Origin: Octopus sinensis
Lineage: Eukaryota
Reading direction: 5' to 3'
Assembly (NCBI RefSeq): GCF_006345805.1
Contig: NC_043000.1
Coordinates: 23,374,001-23,438,000, forward strand
Length of the DNA: 64,000 nt
Below are positions 24,123-36,790 of the stretch, piece after piece. Position numbers and translations under genes: made by a program. Numbering within the stretch: position 1 is the first letter of the stretch; every line of letters begins with the position of its first letter. The notes below the pieces were generated by a model. The model had not been told where the DNA came from and searched no databases. It saw only the letters and a program-made list of their open reading frames with translations.

Positions 24123-27100
24123 ATTATATATGCACAATTTACAATTAGAGAATTTTCATATAGTCTGGTTTGCACAGAAGCATTTCATTTGTAGATTATT
24201 ATAATTTTAAACAATTTTGAACAAGAATGATTGTTAATTTTTCATAGGAAATTGAGAAAAACTTAAAACAAAGATAATCTAATTATATATTGTAGTCTCC
24301 CCCCCCCAGCTTTCATATATGTATAAATTTTTGGCCTTCAATCAAATCTTGTGTAGTTGCACTTTCATTAATTAGAAAAGCTTATATTTTTATTAAATAA
24401 AGAAATATATGTGTCTATGCACCACTTGTCAACTTAAGCAACATCAATTTCAAAATTTCACAATCACATCACAACAATCAGTTCGATGTCATACTGCAAG
24501 CACAACAACGACAAACTAAGGTAAACAACAGAAGAGAGAAGTGGAGTAGCAGCAGTGGGAAAAGGTGATGTTAGAATAAGCAAAGCATTGGGAAAAGGTT
24601 GGAAGTTAATAAAAATGAGATGGGGTGGGTTGAGTAATAGTATTTACCAGCAGAGAGAAAGAACAGAGGGCAAAAGTACCATTAGAGAGAATGTTTGTTT
24701 TGTAGCAGTAGAATATGAGTAGATGCATGTGCAAATATTATAAGTGTAACTATGTATGAGGTTTTCATGGTTTTTCTGTGTGAGTTTGTGTAGGTCTTAT
24801 TATTTTTTTTTTTATCAAAGTGTGTTGTGTACTGTAAATGGGAAGTTGGTTCAGTTTCAAGTGAAGAAAGGAGAATGAGAGGAAGAATGCTACATTGGGT
24901 GCTTTAAAGAAACCAGAAAAGATAAGTCTCTTTCACAATATATGACAATGTATTTGAAGAAACAAGAATAAAAAGTATGCTGGACCAATGAGTTCTAAAT
25001 GTTCAAAATGTGGTGTAATGGAGTGGTTAAAAAGGAAAGAATTTTAAGCAGCTGAAAATAGTTCGAAAGTTCAATTGGTTTGTCATAGTGGACAGTTGGT
25101 GTTAGTAGCTTCTCTTGGTCTGTGTAAATGGTATGTACTAACATGCTCTATTTAACCATTTTGTCACCATATTTATATTGAAATATGCTATATTTGTTTC
25201 AATTAATTTTGAAAGTAATGAATTCAATAAAATAAATCTTAATCATTATTAAACTTGAAATTTTAATGGGTGGTTTTAATTTTGATCACTTCAAAACTGG
25301 ATGTAAGTATCAAACTGAAATTGTCTCAGGTGGGTTGATATCAAAAGATCAGTTAATCTAGTTTGTTGGAGCTAGAAAAATTTACTGTAAATTCTGCATT
25401 CAGTTTGATTTTCTTGACCCAGTAGTTTTTGTACTAAACAACCTAAAATATATATATTTATATTTGGTAACTCCAATGCAGTGTTATTGTCTTTATAAGT
25501 TATGAAATTGAAATGCAAAAGTAAATTCATCATTATCATCATCATCATCATCATCTTATGTCCACTTTCCATGCTGATTTGGGTTGTACAAGTAGTTGCA
25601 ATCCATCTCAGTTCTTAGAGTTACTAGTGTCTTAGACAAGTCACAGGATTATGTTTCATCCGCATGTTCCATTTCTAGCATAGTTTATATGGGTGGATGC
25701 TCTCCCAAGACCAACTACTTTATAAAATGCTCCGGGTATATTTTATCATAATGCTTGCACTAGTGAGGTTGCCTTGTTGCCTGTAAAAGTAAAGAGTCCT
25801 CTATGTGTAGTCTCCATTCAGTGGATTCAAATGTCACTTAGAGGGTGAATAAAGGAGTAAGAGAGAGCATGAGTGTGTTGAGGAGAAATAGTGATAGCAG
25901 TAACAGTAGGCCTGAAAGGGATTAAATGTTGGTGTTAGGAAACTGAATAGAAAGTGTTTCCATAAATTGTTTCAACTCCATAGTTTTATTTTTTGTTAGT
26001 TCATGTACTAAGTTCTTTTTGTGCAGAGTTCTCTTACTTGGAATTATTGGTGGGTCCACAGACACTAGTAATGGAATTTTGAGTTTTTATCAAAATCTCA
26101 AAACATGTTTAAAACAATGAACATTTTTGCAGTAAATTGTATTTGTTTATTCTGATTAGATCATTGATAAGGATAAACATAAATACAAAGATTGTAACTT
26201 TTAAAGTTTGTTTCTCTTGTTGGCATTGGCTGGTTGGTTGGGTCTGAATCACTTCTTATTTGAAGTTACTGCCCTACTGGACAGCTCAGTGGACCATGTC
26301 TTTCCCATGTCTCAGTCTTTAAAATAGTTTCTACAGCTGGATGCCCTTTCTAACACCACACAATTTACAAAGTATACTGGGTGCATTTTATCTTGGTACT
26401 AGCACTAAAGAGGGTTATCATTCTCTTAGCAAGACTAAAGAATCTTCTTGAACCTAATCTATCTCTACTCATTTCATCAACCTCTTTACAGATTTTTTAA
26501 AATAACTATCATTGCAATTATCTATGTATACCACAGGTTTATTTCCCTAAAATTATCCATGGAACCAGTAATAGCTGATGCAGAACCCAATTTGAGAAAC
26601 CCTGATCTATTTAACTAGGTATAAATGAATTAGGTATGTAAATGTTTTCATGTTATAAATGTCATAACAGTACCAGCTGTGAAAGATTAATAAAATACTA
26701 ACACAACTACAGTTCAGTAGATTGTTTGTTTAAAAGGATGATAAAAAGTCATAGAAAGTTCAAGATCAGTAAGCAAAGTTAATCTTTTAGAAAGATGACC
26801 AGTAAGAGATCAATAATATGATAGACAAAATAGCTCATTGGGGTGTTCTGCATGCTATATACCATACAGTTGGCTCTTAGGTGCATAGTGAGCTAAAAAA
26901 AACTTCTGATTGGCTGAGATTATCCAGGCAATTAGTAAACAAAAATTACCTAAAGGGGGTATTGAATCTAAGAACGAGTGAATAAGATGATTCAAACAAG
27001 CAAACAAGATGATAATTTTTAAACAGTAAAGACAATGGAAATTGGAGTGAATCTGGTTATAGCCAACTGATGAAAGCAAGGGACATTAATGAGAGAGATT

Positions 27101-27679
27101 TTATTGTTTTGCCAGCTAAGGCAACTTATCAGTAATAAATTGAAATATAAAATTAATGTATGATTATCGTAATGTTTATCTACCATGATAGTTTCAGGAA
27201 AGCAAGAAAAAAACAAAAGGGATTAGAAATTCCTGTTTCATATAGAACATAAATTCTTTTAAGCTTCTCCTTTCTCTAGAGATAATATTTGGTTTATAAA
27301 GACTGTTTTGATGGCATGGTTTACTGATCCTTAAATCGGTTTCAAGTCTAAGAACTGGTGTGTGTGTTTGAGGCAAGGTGCATTACATGATTAACTAGCT
27401 TGGAACATATTGTGTAGTTGGTGGTATAAAAAATGAGGAGGCAAGTGTAAAATATATTTGATTTCATATATTTGAACATGTTGAACTACCCAACTCACAA
27501 TAACACAAAATACTCCATGTAAAAATAACAATACTATTCTTATATCAGTGTCTATAGGCACAAACATAACATAGTTTATAAAAGTAGTCCTACTGTATGG
27601 CTCATTGAGCAAGTTTCTTCTGCTTTCGTCCCAGGACAACCAAATCCTATAAGTGAATTTGGTAGACAGAAACTGTAAG

Positions 27680-27896
27680 GTGGCGAGCTGGCAGAAACGT
27701 TAGCACGCCAAGCGAAATGCTTAGCGGTATTTCGTCTGCCATTGCATTCTGAGTTCAAATTCCGTCGAGGTTGACTTTGCTTTTCATCCTTTCGGGGTTG
27801 ATAAATTAAGTACCAGTTATGCACTGGGGTCAATGTAATCGACTTAATTCCTTTGTCTGTCCGTGTTTGTTCCCTCTTGTGGGCAATAAAGAAATG
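27680..27896 (+). mobile_element. Young SINE inserted into an older SINE, with a 12-bp target duplication
   Basis: AGAAACTGTAAG at 27668-27679 and 27897-27908; body GGCGAGCTGGCAGAAACGTTAGC...GAGTTCAAATTCC...TTTCATCCTTTCGGGGTTGATAAATTAAGTACCAG; the flanks rejoin into the H2-SINE motif ggtagac.gaaactg.aagaagccc. Confidence 0.9.
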
Positions 27897-28621
27897 AGAA
27901 ACTGTAAGAAGCCCCTTGTGTGTTTGTTTGCGTCTCTGTGTTTGGCATTTGCACACTGATTGTAAACAATGTCACTGTTCATGCAAAAACAGTATCATTT
28001 GTTTGTAATCTTCTTTGAAAGCATGTCTGCCGTTGAGCTGTTTGTGTTTGAAGGACAATGGAAATGTCATTTTACTTGTAAACAGGTGAGGATTGGCTAC
28101 ATGTAATTCATTCTTGTGTGGAAACGTAAATATTGAAATGAAGATAGACTTACCAACATTTATTGTAGATCTCAGTCATTTAATTGGTACTAACAATTAA
28201 AGCAATCCATTTTAACAGGTTTACACTCTGAAAGGATAGGAAATGTGTAAGATGGATCTATACACAATAGGTGTGCAGTTAATGTACTGGACTACTGATC
28301 ACATGATCATTGATACAAACCTTCCTGCCAGAGGCACTATGTTGCCCCTGAACAAGATACATGACACTGCCCCATGAATTTTGCTTAAATGAGGAATACT
28401 TGTTCTACTCTGTCTGGGAGTAGACAGCAGTAAAAAACAGCATTCAGCTGCAGAGACAATTCTTCCATTAAAAATTTGATGTGTAGATAAATGGATGTAA
28501 AACACACACACAAAACATCATTAACTTTTTAGTCATTAGCACAAGTGAAACCGAGTGACTATGTAATATTTCATTTCATAAAAAAAGTTTTTGCTCAACA
28601 TTTCTGTGCATTTTTATTTTT

Positions 28622-28715
28622 AATTGGCTTTGACTGGACTTCAAGTTTTGCGTAGCTGCTCAAGTTGATTGAATAAGCTATCAGACAAAACTTGAAATCC
28701 CAGTCAAAACTGATT
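28622..28715 (+). ncRNA. Long imperfect hairpin, pre-miRNA-like candidate
   Basis: Paired blocks AATTGG/CTGATT (two G-U), TTTGACT/AGTCAAA, GGA/TCC, TTCAAGTTTTG/CAAAACTTGAA, TAGCT/AGCTA and TCAA/TTGA around a 5-nt loop. Confidence 0.3.
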
Positions 28716-29169
28716 TTATGATGAATATATTGAATGTCCTACCATCAGTAAATGTTCTGTTACTTCTTGAAATTCCTTTATAGTCACAATCCCAAAATTA
28801 ATATATTTACATTACACACATGTACAGGGTACAGAAACAGCCAACTGGTTATCAACTTCATTTCACACTGTGTAGCATCTTGGACAAGTTTTCCACCATA
28901 ACCTTGTGTCAGCCCAGGCTTTGTGATTGAAATTGGATTGACAGAACTGTAGCAAAAATGGATTACTGGTACAGTTACTCAAAGGGTTAAGCTTACTACA
29001 TAAACTGTAAATTGCTGATTTGGCATGTGAATTATGTTATGGACATTGTGTTTGTGGAATACTCTGTCACTTACATACTTATACAATGAGTTGGTAGTTT
29101 AGTTGAATACTCACTATTGAAACTGGATGGAGGGTCTGGAAACTGATGTTTTTTTTGTTTGGAGTTTAC

Positions 29170-29760
29170 CATTTTCCTAAGGGCTGGATGGATGAAGATG
29201 GAGTTGTAGTGTGGCTCAACCAAACATGAAACAAAATCAGGAAATGTCTAAAGAAGAAACCATGTCGAGAGATTAGACTGTTTCCATCCACTCAAGACAG
29301 AAAAGGTAAAAGAGCGGGTTTAAGTCACAGAATAAAGCTCAAACCATGATACAAAATGGCCTCACATGTTTGCTGCAACTTTTGGATGTGGTACTGAATA
29401 AGGTATTGAAGGATATGATACATCAAATGTAGATGACACGGATGTTTGCATATCAAAGAGAACTGACTAAAAGTGGCAACCTCAAGAAACCAAGCTTGTC
29501 TTTTGTAGCATTTTGAGTAAAGAATGTGCAGGATGATATTCCAGCCTAAATGATTGTTTCTTGAGGACAGGAATATCAAATAGTAAGGATAGATATGACT
29601 GAAGATGAATTTCAGATAGCCAAGAACTGCAAGATGAAAAAGAGGAGCCAAGAACTGCAAGATGAAAAAGAGAAAGTACCACCATTATAGGATGCAGACA
29701 AAAAGCTGACACAGCTGGAATATGAGGAACTCTTTGGTATCATTGATGATGAAGAACTTG
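29170..29760 (+). pseudogene. pogo/Tigger (DDE_1, CENP-B-like) transposase relic
   Basis: HFPKGWMDEDGVVVWL, GLTCLLQLLDVVLNKVLKD (cf. GLTSQLQPLDVSLNKPFK) and LTKSGNLKKPSL; stops and frameshifts. Confidence 0.8.
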
Positions 29761-31707
29761 GCTTTGATGGTTTTTAAGTTGTAATTAATATAATGTGACT
29801 TTGCCATATTTTGTATCTAATTATCAGTTATATACTTTATCCTCTTCTTTACGCTTGAGTTAATGCTACCCTCCCTCCCAATTTTTATCTTCGTATTTTA
29901 TTTTACTTTTCTTGCATTGTACACAAGTAAATATAATTTTGCTATTGAGATAATTTCATAATTATGCTTCACCTTAAATCTACTTTGGTGCCGGAATTGA
30001 ATTTCCTTTAACTTCTTTACTATTATAATAGTTCGTGGTTATGTATTTTGCATATAGCAGCTATTCCATAATCATGTTTACATTTTCTTTTGTCATTGTA
30101 TTCTACATGACAGCTCATTTATCTAATTGCACTAATAGCTAACAGTAGATATGTTGCGTAATTTTAAAAGCACCTTGGCCTTTGCCTCATCTCTCATGTA
30201 GATTTTGATTATAAAAGTTTTGTACCAGCCTTTCCCCTAATATGTGTGAGTAAGCAACTTTTACACAAGTAAATATGGTATATAGGCTGGTGGGAAAGTT
30301 TGTTATTGATTATTGAAACAAAAGAAAACACTTTGCATTGGATAAATTTATACTTTGAACAGGTCCATTTGAAATATTTGTTACCTAATAAGTCTTCATT
30401 ATAGTGCCTGTTTTATTTTCTATTTTGACTTATTTCCATGCTCTTGATAACTCAATAAGCAATTTTTTGTTTTCACTGTAACCTCATTTTTCATATATAA
30501 TTATTCATTTTGAAATTTCCCAAATCAACAACTCAAGCTAGATAAATAGAAATATCAGACTTATATTTTTGTTTTAAGTAAACCACGAAAAAATTCAAAT
30601 GCTTTCTTATTCACATTGATGAAACTAATCTAAAAACCCAAATAATCTTTACTGTTTTAGAAATATAAAATTGAACCAGTTTCAGATCTCTTCATTTCTA
30701 TTTTGCTTTATATCAAATAGCATTGTTAATGACTACTTTCAGGCTATTTAGCAAGCTTTATTAGGGATCCCACTATAACTGATAAATTTCGTTGTAGGTT
30801 ATTCTCGTATTGTATATGTGTGGTAATATCTATGAACCTTTTGTTTCTGTAAATGTCATTTGTAATCAAGCGCTATTAAGTAAGGAGTTAATAGTTGTAT
30901 GAAAACTGAATTTATATTTGTATTTTGTTGCTAATAATCTGAATAGTCTTTTCTCCTAAAAAAGTCGTTAAGTCCACCATGTGTGTATTGTAGATATCTA
31001 AATTCTCTAGTTTCTTTCAGTAAAAGCATCATATCTCAATGACCTTTAGTTTTCAAAATACTAAAAGTATGAACAATTGTATCTCTAAAGTAATTTTGTT
31101 AGATATTAGTGAGAGTTACAACTATTAGAAAATTTTATCATATTCTGTGATACACAGCAGTTCCCAACAGTTCATTTCAGTTCACAACTGGACTGTTAGA
31201 AGCTTGTTCATTAAGTTTTTGAATTCTAATGCCAGGAGCACAAAGGATATTATTCATTTTTTTTTTAAATGAAACCATAGTGATAATGACAGTGTACATA
31301 ATTTAATGAGAACATATAAAACAAAAATTCTGAAATTCCCACTCCAGAATTGTTCTATAACATTGTTGATTGTGCTGTAAAGAAGAGAAAATAAATGGTA
31401 TGATTTTTGACAAGGAACAAGTCAACATTTCAATCACAAATTCACAACAGTCAGTATCTTGATAAGTGAGCCTATTTTGATGGAACCAAGTAACCAAAGC
31501 ATCAATATAATAAAGAAGAAGAAAATAGTTTTAAAAGAAGCAGTACCCTGGTCAAATTGGTATTTCAAAGGTGAAGGGGAAAACGATGATGGATCCCTTT
31601 GCCAAAAGATCGCAATACCAGAAAGTTCCATATTTTCTACAAACAGTTGGTTGCAAGACCTAGAAACCACAGAAGAGTCATATAACTTAGTGTTTTCTAC
31701 ACAGTGA

Positions 31708-31759
31708 CATATCTCTTCATTCCCAGTCTGTTCTGGCAGACAGGGAATGAAGAGATATG
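31708..31759. ncRNA. Near-perfect 52-nt hairpin, pre-miRNA-like candidate
   Basis: CATATCTCTTCATTCCC/GGGAATGAAGAGATATG (17 bp perfect), one A-A mismatch, GTCTG/CAGAC, 6-nt loop. Confidence 0.3.
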
Positions 31760-32140
31760 CAAACATGCTGATTGCTGTTGTATTTTTGCCACCATTCTCT
31801 AATGATGAAATACAACAGTACTCAGCATATTCATATTTCAATCTGCCAGAGGACATTGAGAATTAGTGGTTGCATTATTTTCTGGATTCTTGGTGTTTTG
31901 CATGCACCCTGTGAATTATTATTTGTATTTTATATATTTCCTATTTATTGAAATTATTGACTGCCCATACATTATATTTTTTGATAATGTGCATATAAAT
32001 TTAATTAGTTGTGTATTACAAGAAAAAATTTTAAATTCCACACCAACTTTAAAATGTGTTTATCTGAAAGGTGATATTGGAGTTAGACTCATTTAATTTA
32101 TTAGCAACAGTATGCTAGTAAAATACTTGAGTCAAGTATT

Positions 32141-33362
32141 CATCATCATCATCTCCTCATCATTTAATGTCCACTCTTCATGCTGGCATGGGTTGGATGG
32201 TTTGACATGGAACTGGGTAGCAGGGAGCTGTCTAGACTCCAACTGTCTGTTGTGGCATGGTTTCTACGGATGGATGCCAACCACTTAAGTGTTGGATGCT
32301 TTTTATGCGCCCCTGGCATGGGTGTGTTAATGCAGAACCAGCAACAGGTGATTTTTAAGTGGCACGGGTACTTTTTAAATGGAACTAGTGTGGGTGCATT
32401 TTAAGTGGCTCCTTTCCTGAAAGGACAAGCCTGTGTAGAAGAAAACAATTTTATTTGATGCATCTTATCAAGTATGGCAAATCACCACATCTCCCAGTCC
32501 TTTATCATTTCCTTGGTGTAGCCCAGCATCTGAAGATCCTTTCTCACCACTTTGTCCCATGTCTTCCTGGGTCCACCCCTTCCACAGGTACCCACCACAA
32601 TTAGAGCTCAGCACTTTATGCAGCTGTCTGTAGTAATTCTGGTTATTGAACTGGTGAGATTGTTGAGGTGTGAACTATCCAAAATTCTGTAATACCCTAT
32701 ATTATTCCTGCCATTCCCTAGTTACATTTACTACTCACACACGCACACACATTTTAATGACTAAGAACTTTATGAACTCGCTGTGTGGTACTCAGATTCT
32801 TCAGCAGGGGAGAATGTGGTAATAATTACTGTTATTATTACTACTCACAGTTATTTCCATCATCTCACCAGCCAGCCGAAAACAAGGCTTTGGAATGATA
32901 TTTAAACATGGCTAACTCTTGATCAGCAAGGTTCACGACTAAAACAATTGACATATACCATACCCTCGTTCTTAGAAGAATAAATTGCAGTAATTCTGCT
33001 TTATCAAACTGGTGAGATTGTTGAATATAGAAGACTGAAAATAATTGGGTGCAAATAGGCTTTACTCTTCTAAGAACAAGGGTATCTGTCATTAGTTTTA
33101 GTCGTGAACCTTGCTGATCAAGAGTTAGCCATGTTTAAATATCATTCCAAAGCCTCATTTTTGACTGGCTGGCAAGATGATGGCAATAACTGTGAGTAGT
33201 AATAATAACAGTAATTATTACCACACTGTCCTCATCCATATACATCACATGACGAAACCAGCACAGCCTTCTCTCTTGCACACAACATCTGATGCCTCTT
33301 ATACACAGTTTTCCTCTTAAATCTTTTACACTCTGTCGTGCATGCACACTGACATTACCCAA
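32141..33362 (-). mobile_element. RTE LINE 3' fragment split by a 597-bp insertion
   Basis: 33226-33362 gives NVSVHARQSVKDLRGKLCIRGIRCCVQERRLCWFRHVMYMDEDS; below 32628 it continues DSCIKC*ALIVVGTCGRGGPRKTWDKVVRKDLQML; 3'UTR and (CAT)n tail at 32141. Confidence 0.88.
32629..33225. mobile_element. Unclassified TG..CA insertion containing a ~165-bp-arm fold-back, flanked by a 5-bp duplication
   Basis: CTGTC at 32624-28 and 33226-30; termini TGTAGTAAT / ATTACCACA; inverted arms at 32815-32984 and 33061-33225; 38-39-bp direct repeat at 32629 and 32986. Confidence 0.8.
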
Positions 33363-35734
33363 ACTGTAGACTTGATTATTAAATTTTGTTATTGTTATGA
33401 TTTATCTTTTAAAATTTTTAAACTTATAATTTTAATATATAACTGTGGCCACTAGTTCCATCATTACTAGATTCTATAAATGCACACACACACATACATA
33501 TGGTGCCTCATAATGGTAGGACTGCTGGTCACAGATTTTGTATTATACACTTTCCATTATAAACATACTTGTTCCAGTCCAAATTACTTGTGTTTAAATG
33601 TATCCCATCACTATGAGACATTGTGTGTTTGCGTGCGTACGTGTGTAACATACCTACCAGATCAAACCAAATATACAAGCCATTCTTGAGTCTTGATCAT
33701 CTTCAACAAAAGACAAACACAAGGATACATTCTCTCACTCATTCACCCACCCACCCATTCACTGGTGTTCTTTTTAAAAGTAAATTAAAACAGTAAATAA
33801 CAGAAAAATGTCAATATCAAGGTGGCCTAAAATTTCATCAGACAGAAATACAGTAAATTGTTACTGTGTAGATTTGGTGAAAACTGCTTGCCACAGTAAC
33901 ACACATACACACACCACTGATACTGCAATGCAATTTTAACCTAAAAAATAAACGACTGAGGTTAATTTGCTCAGAGATGTCATCATTATGAAAAACAATT
34001 GCTAAGCTTGTTTTATCACAATGCTTTTCAACTTTTAATTGCTCCAGTCTCTCTTTGACTGAATGGTATTTTACAAACATCTTCTCTTTGTTATTTTAAT
34101 CAAGCAAAAATTAATTTTGCTCAATGGTTTAGTGTTTTTTTATATTATCGTATCAAGCACATGCCTCATTTTAGATATTTGTGTGGATTAATGTTACCTA
34201 TTCCTATGTCAGTTTTTTCATGGAATTTTCTAAAGATGAGGATTTATGTAATGAAATTATATTTGATCTTGGCACATCATCAGTTATGTTTCTGATCGTC
34301 AATGTAACAAAATTCTTATTTATGTTTTTGAAGCTGTGTTTAAAATAAAAATATTATACCTGGTTTAAATAATTTCCAAGAAAAATCTTAATTCCTTTAA
34401 ATACTCAGCACCTCCACAGTCTTCTCCTTTCCCCTGTATTTACCATTCTTTCATGAGCTTCACAGTGCTCACAAGGAAGTTTTGCCACACAGGTTATGAA
34501 TTATTGTTAGTACATTTAATGTATTGAAAATCCAGTTTGAAATAATTATGCAGTGAAGAAAAGACAGCATTAGCTTAACAACTTAGTATCCATAGGAAGG
34601 TATTCTGCACATTTCCCTCTTATCAGACTTTCTCAGTGAAGCATAGACTTCACTGTTTACCAAAAAGTGATGAGAAAATTACATGAGATGGCATACAAAA
34701 TTAAAGCAATATGCTTGAGAGAGCACAAGAGGTTAAAAAAAAAAAAGAAGCAAGATATTAAAGTGGTATTGTTGTTGGTAATGATAATTACGGTAGAGGT
34801 CTAGTGAATATAATTTATTTGTAAGGGATACTATCAAATTATAACCTGCATGGTGAGTGAGGAATCTAGAGTGGATTCTGTGTTCAGAACACTCCTTATT
34901 AGAGATGTCATTTGTGTTAACTTGGGAAAATGTCTTATTTTCTAACATCAATGTGTATCAGAATTGAAAATGTGAGAGTAAGAAGGCCAACTAAAGGCTG
35001 CAAATTTATCTTCTTTTATTAAGATTGAAAAATCAATCAAATGGATATAGTTTAACTGACTAAACAGTCAGCAATGTCACAAAAAGCTGGTGGGCTGTGT
35101 ATGAATTAGCTATTAGCAACAGAAGTAGCTTTGTAACAAATATTAATCAGCACATCCAACCTAATATGTGAGGCAACAGTGCCATCCCCTGGTGCTGATA
35201 AAATTTTGTCAACCGATATAATATCTGCTTTTTAGCATTTACCATCTACACAAGATGTTTTCTCAGGATGCTGACTGTAGTCTGCAGCATTCTATGCAGC
35301 ACATCCAAAACATGTTGGATGTGCTAAGTAATATTCATTACAATAGCTGCTTCTGTCACTGATAACTAAGAAAAAAGAAGAAAAAAACAAAACAAAACAA
35401 ACAGATTGTGTAGTTAAATAGGTAGAACCATTTTTAATGGTTGGAATATTTGAAAAACATTACATAAGCAATGAAAATGTTTAATTACATAAGCAATGAA
35501 AATGTTTAGAGGTAACTCCAAGCATATCAACCTTAAGAGCGTTAACATAATTTTATTCTTTTCAAAATGTTAACTATTGAATCACTAAATGCTCAGATTT
35601 ATATTTGTTGGTAGAAGGGTTAATGTTTAAAAATAGATTTGCCCTTGTAAAGACAAAATGAAGGTTAATAATACTATTATAACCGAGTATTTACTGTTTC
35701 TTACAAAAGAACCTGACTTTTTTTTTTAATGTTA

Positions 35735-36100
35735 GGTGCAAGCATAGCTGTGTAGTAAGAAGTTTGCTTTTCAACCACATGGTGGTACCTTGGGCAAGTA
35801 CCTTCCTTTTTAGCCTCCTGATGACCAAAGTCTTGTGAGTGGATTTGGTAGACGGAAAGTGAAAGGGCCTATGTATATATGCATGTGTGTTTGTCCTCCA
35901 CCACTGTTTGACAACTTGTGTTGGTTTGTTTGTAACCTAATGATTTGGCAAAAAGAAAAAGAAAAAAGAGACCAATAGAATAAGTGCCAAGCTTTGAAAA
36001 GAGAAAAAAAAAGGTACTGGGGTCAATTTGTTAGATTGAAAATTTTTCATAGAGGTGCCCCTGCAGCACTGCAGTCTGGTGACTGAAACAAGTAAAAGCT
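35735..36100 (+). mobile_element. tRNA-head SINE (head H2) with a non-RTE tail
   Basis: gcatagctgtgtagtaagaagtttgc...ccaaagtcttgtgagtggatttggtagacggaaa...ccaatagaataagtgcc...gactgaaacaagtaaaag. Confidence 0.7.
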
Positions 36101-36179
36101 ATTGCAATAACTGAAATTCATATTTGATGGCCATAAATCAAGACACTTACTATTAATAAGGATTCACTTTAAGATTTAA

Positions 36180-36790
36180 CCACAGCTTATATTACTGAAT
36201 TCAAAGCCACACTGATACCCATTGACTTCGAACAAATTCTTAGATTTTTAGTGTCTTTTAAATGATGATTCCAGATCCTTGTCTTGCACCTTTGGTGACC
36301 AAAAATTATCTGAAATGTTCTGTTTTGTATTATTTCATATTTTTTCCAAATAATTCCATATGGTGGTATTAATAGTTTGCCTGTTATTCCCACATAGGAT
36401 ATTGATCTAGATATGCTCACAATTTGCTTCAATTACTGTTGAGAAAGCTTTAGTGTTCCCTTTATGCTTATTTCAGAATGAAATTGCTGTTATTTTGTAT
36501 GGTATTATTTGATTGGCGATACCTGGAAGATGGACCTTTCTTTTTATAAGTGAGTTGTTAATGTTACTGAATATTAGTTTTATATGACTGTGTATTGTAT
36601 GTTGAAGCCTTTATTTGTGATATATAATAGTGTATGTGTTTTAGATTCTGTTAAGGACATATCTTCTTTATCCCTCTTACCATCAGCTCCAAATATTGTG
36701 TTGTCTTATAGTGACATTTGTCTATATCTTCAGCGCATGGAAAATGGCTTAATCTCAATAATGCTCTTATTTATAAATAATACTTTCAAT
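36180..36790 (-). pseudogene. CR1/L2/Jockey-group reverse-transcriptase relic
   Basis: The minus strand gives SL*DNTIF (cf. SLYADDTTIF) and IWKKYEIIQNRTFQIIFG (cf. LE.IQ.RA.RII.G); heavily decayed. Confidence 0.5.

Noticed and set aside
32629-33225. DIRS/Ngaro tyrosine-recombinase element, because of the split and inverted repeats
   Set aside because: A clear 5-bp target duplication and TG..CA ends point to DDE-type integration; no recombinase or reverse-transcriptase remnant is inside.
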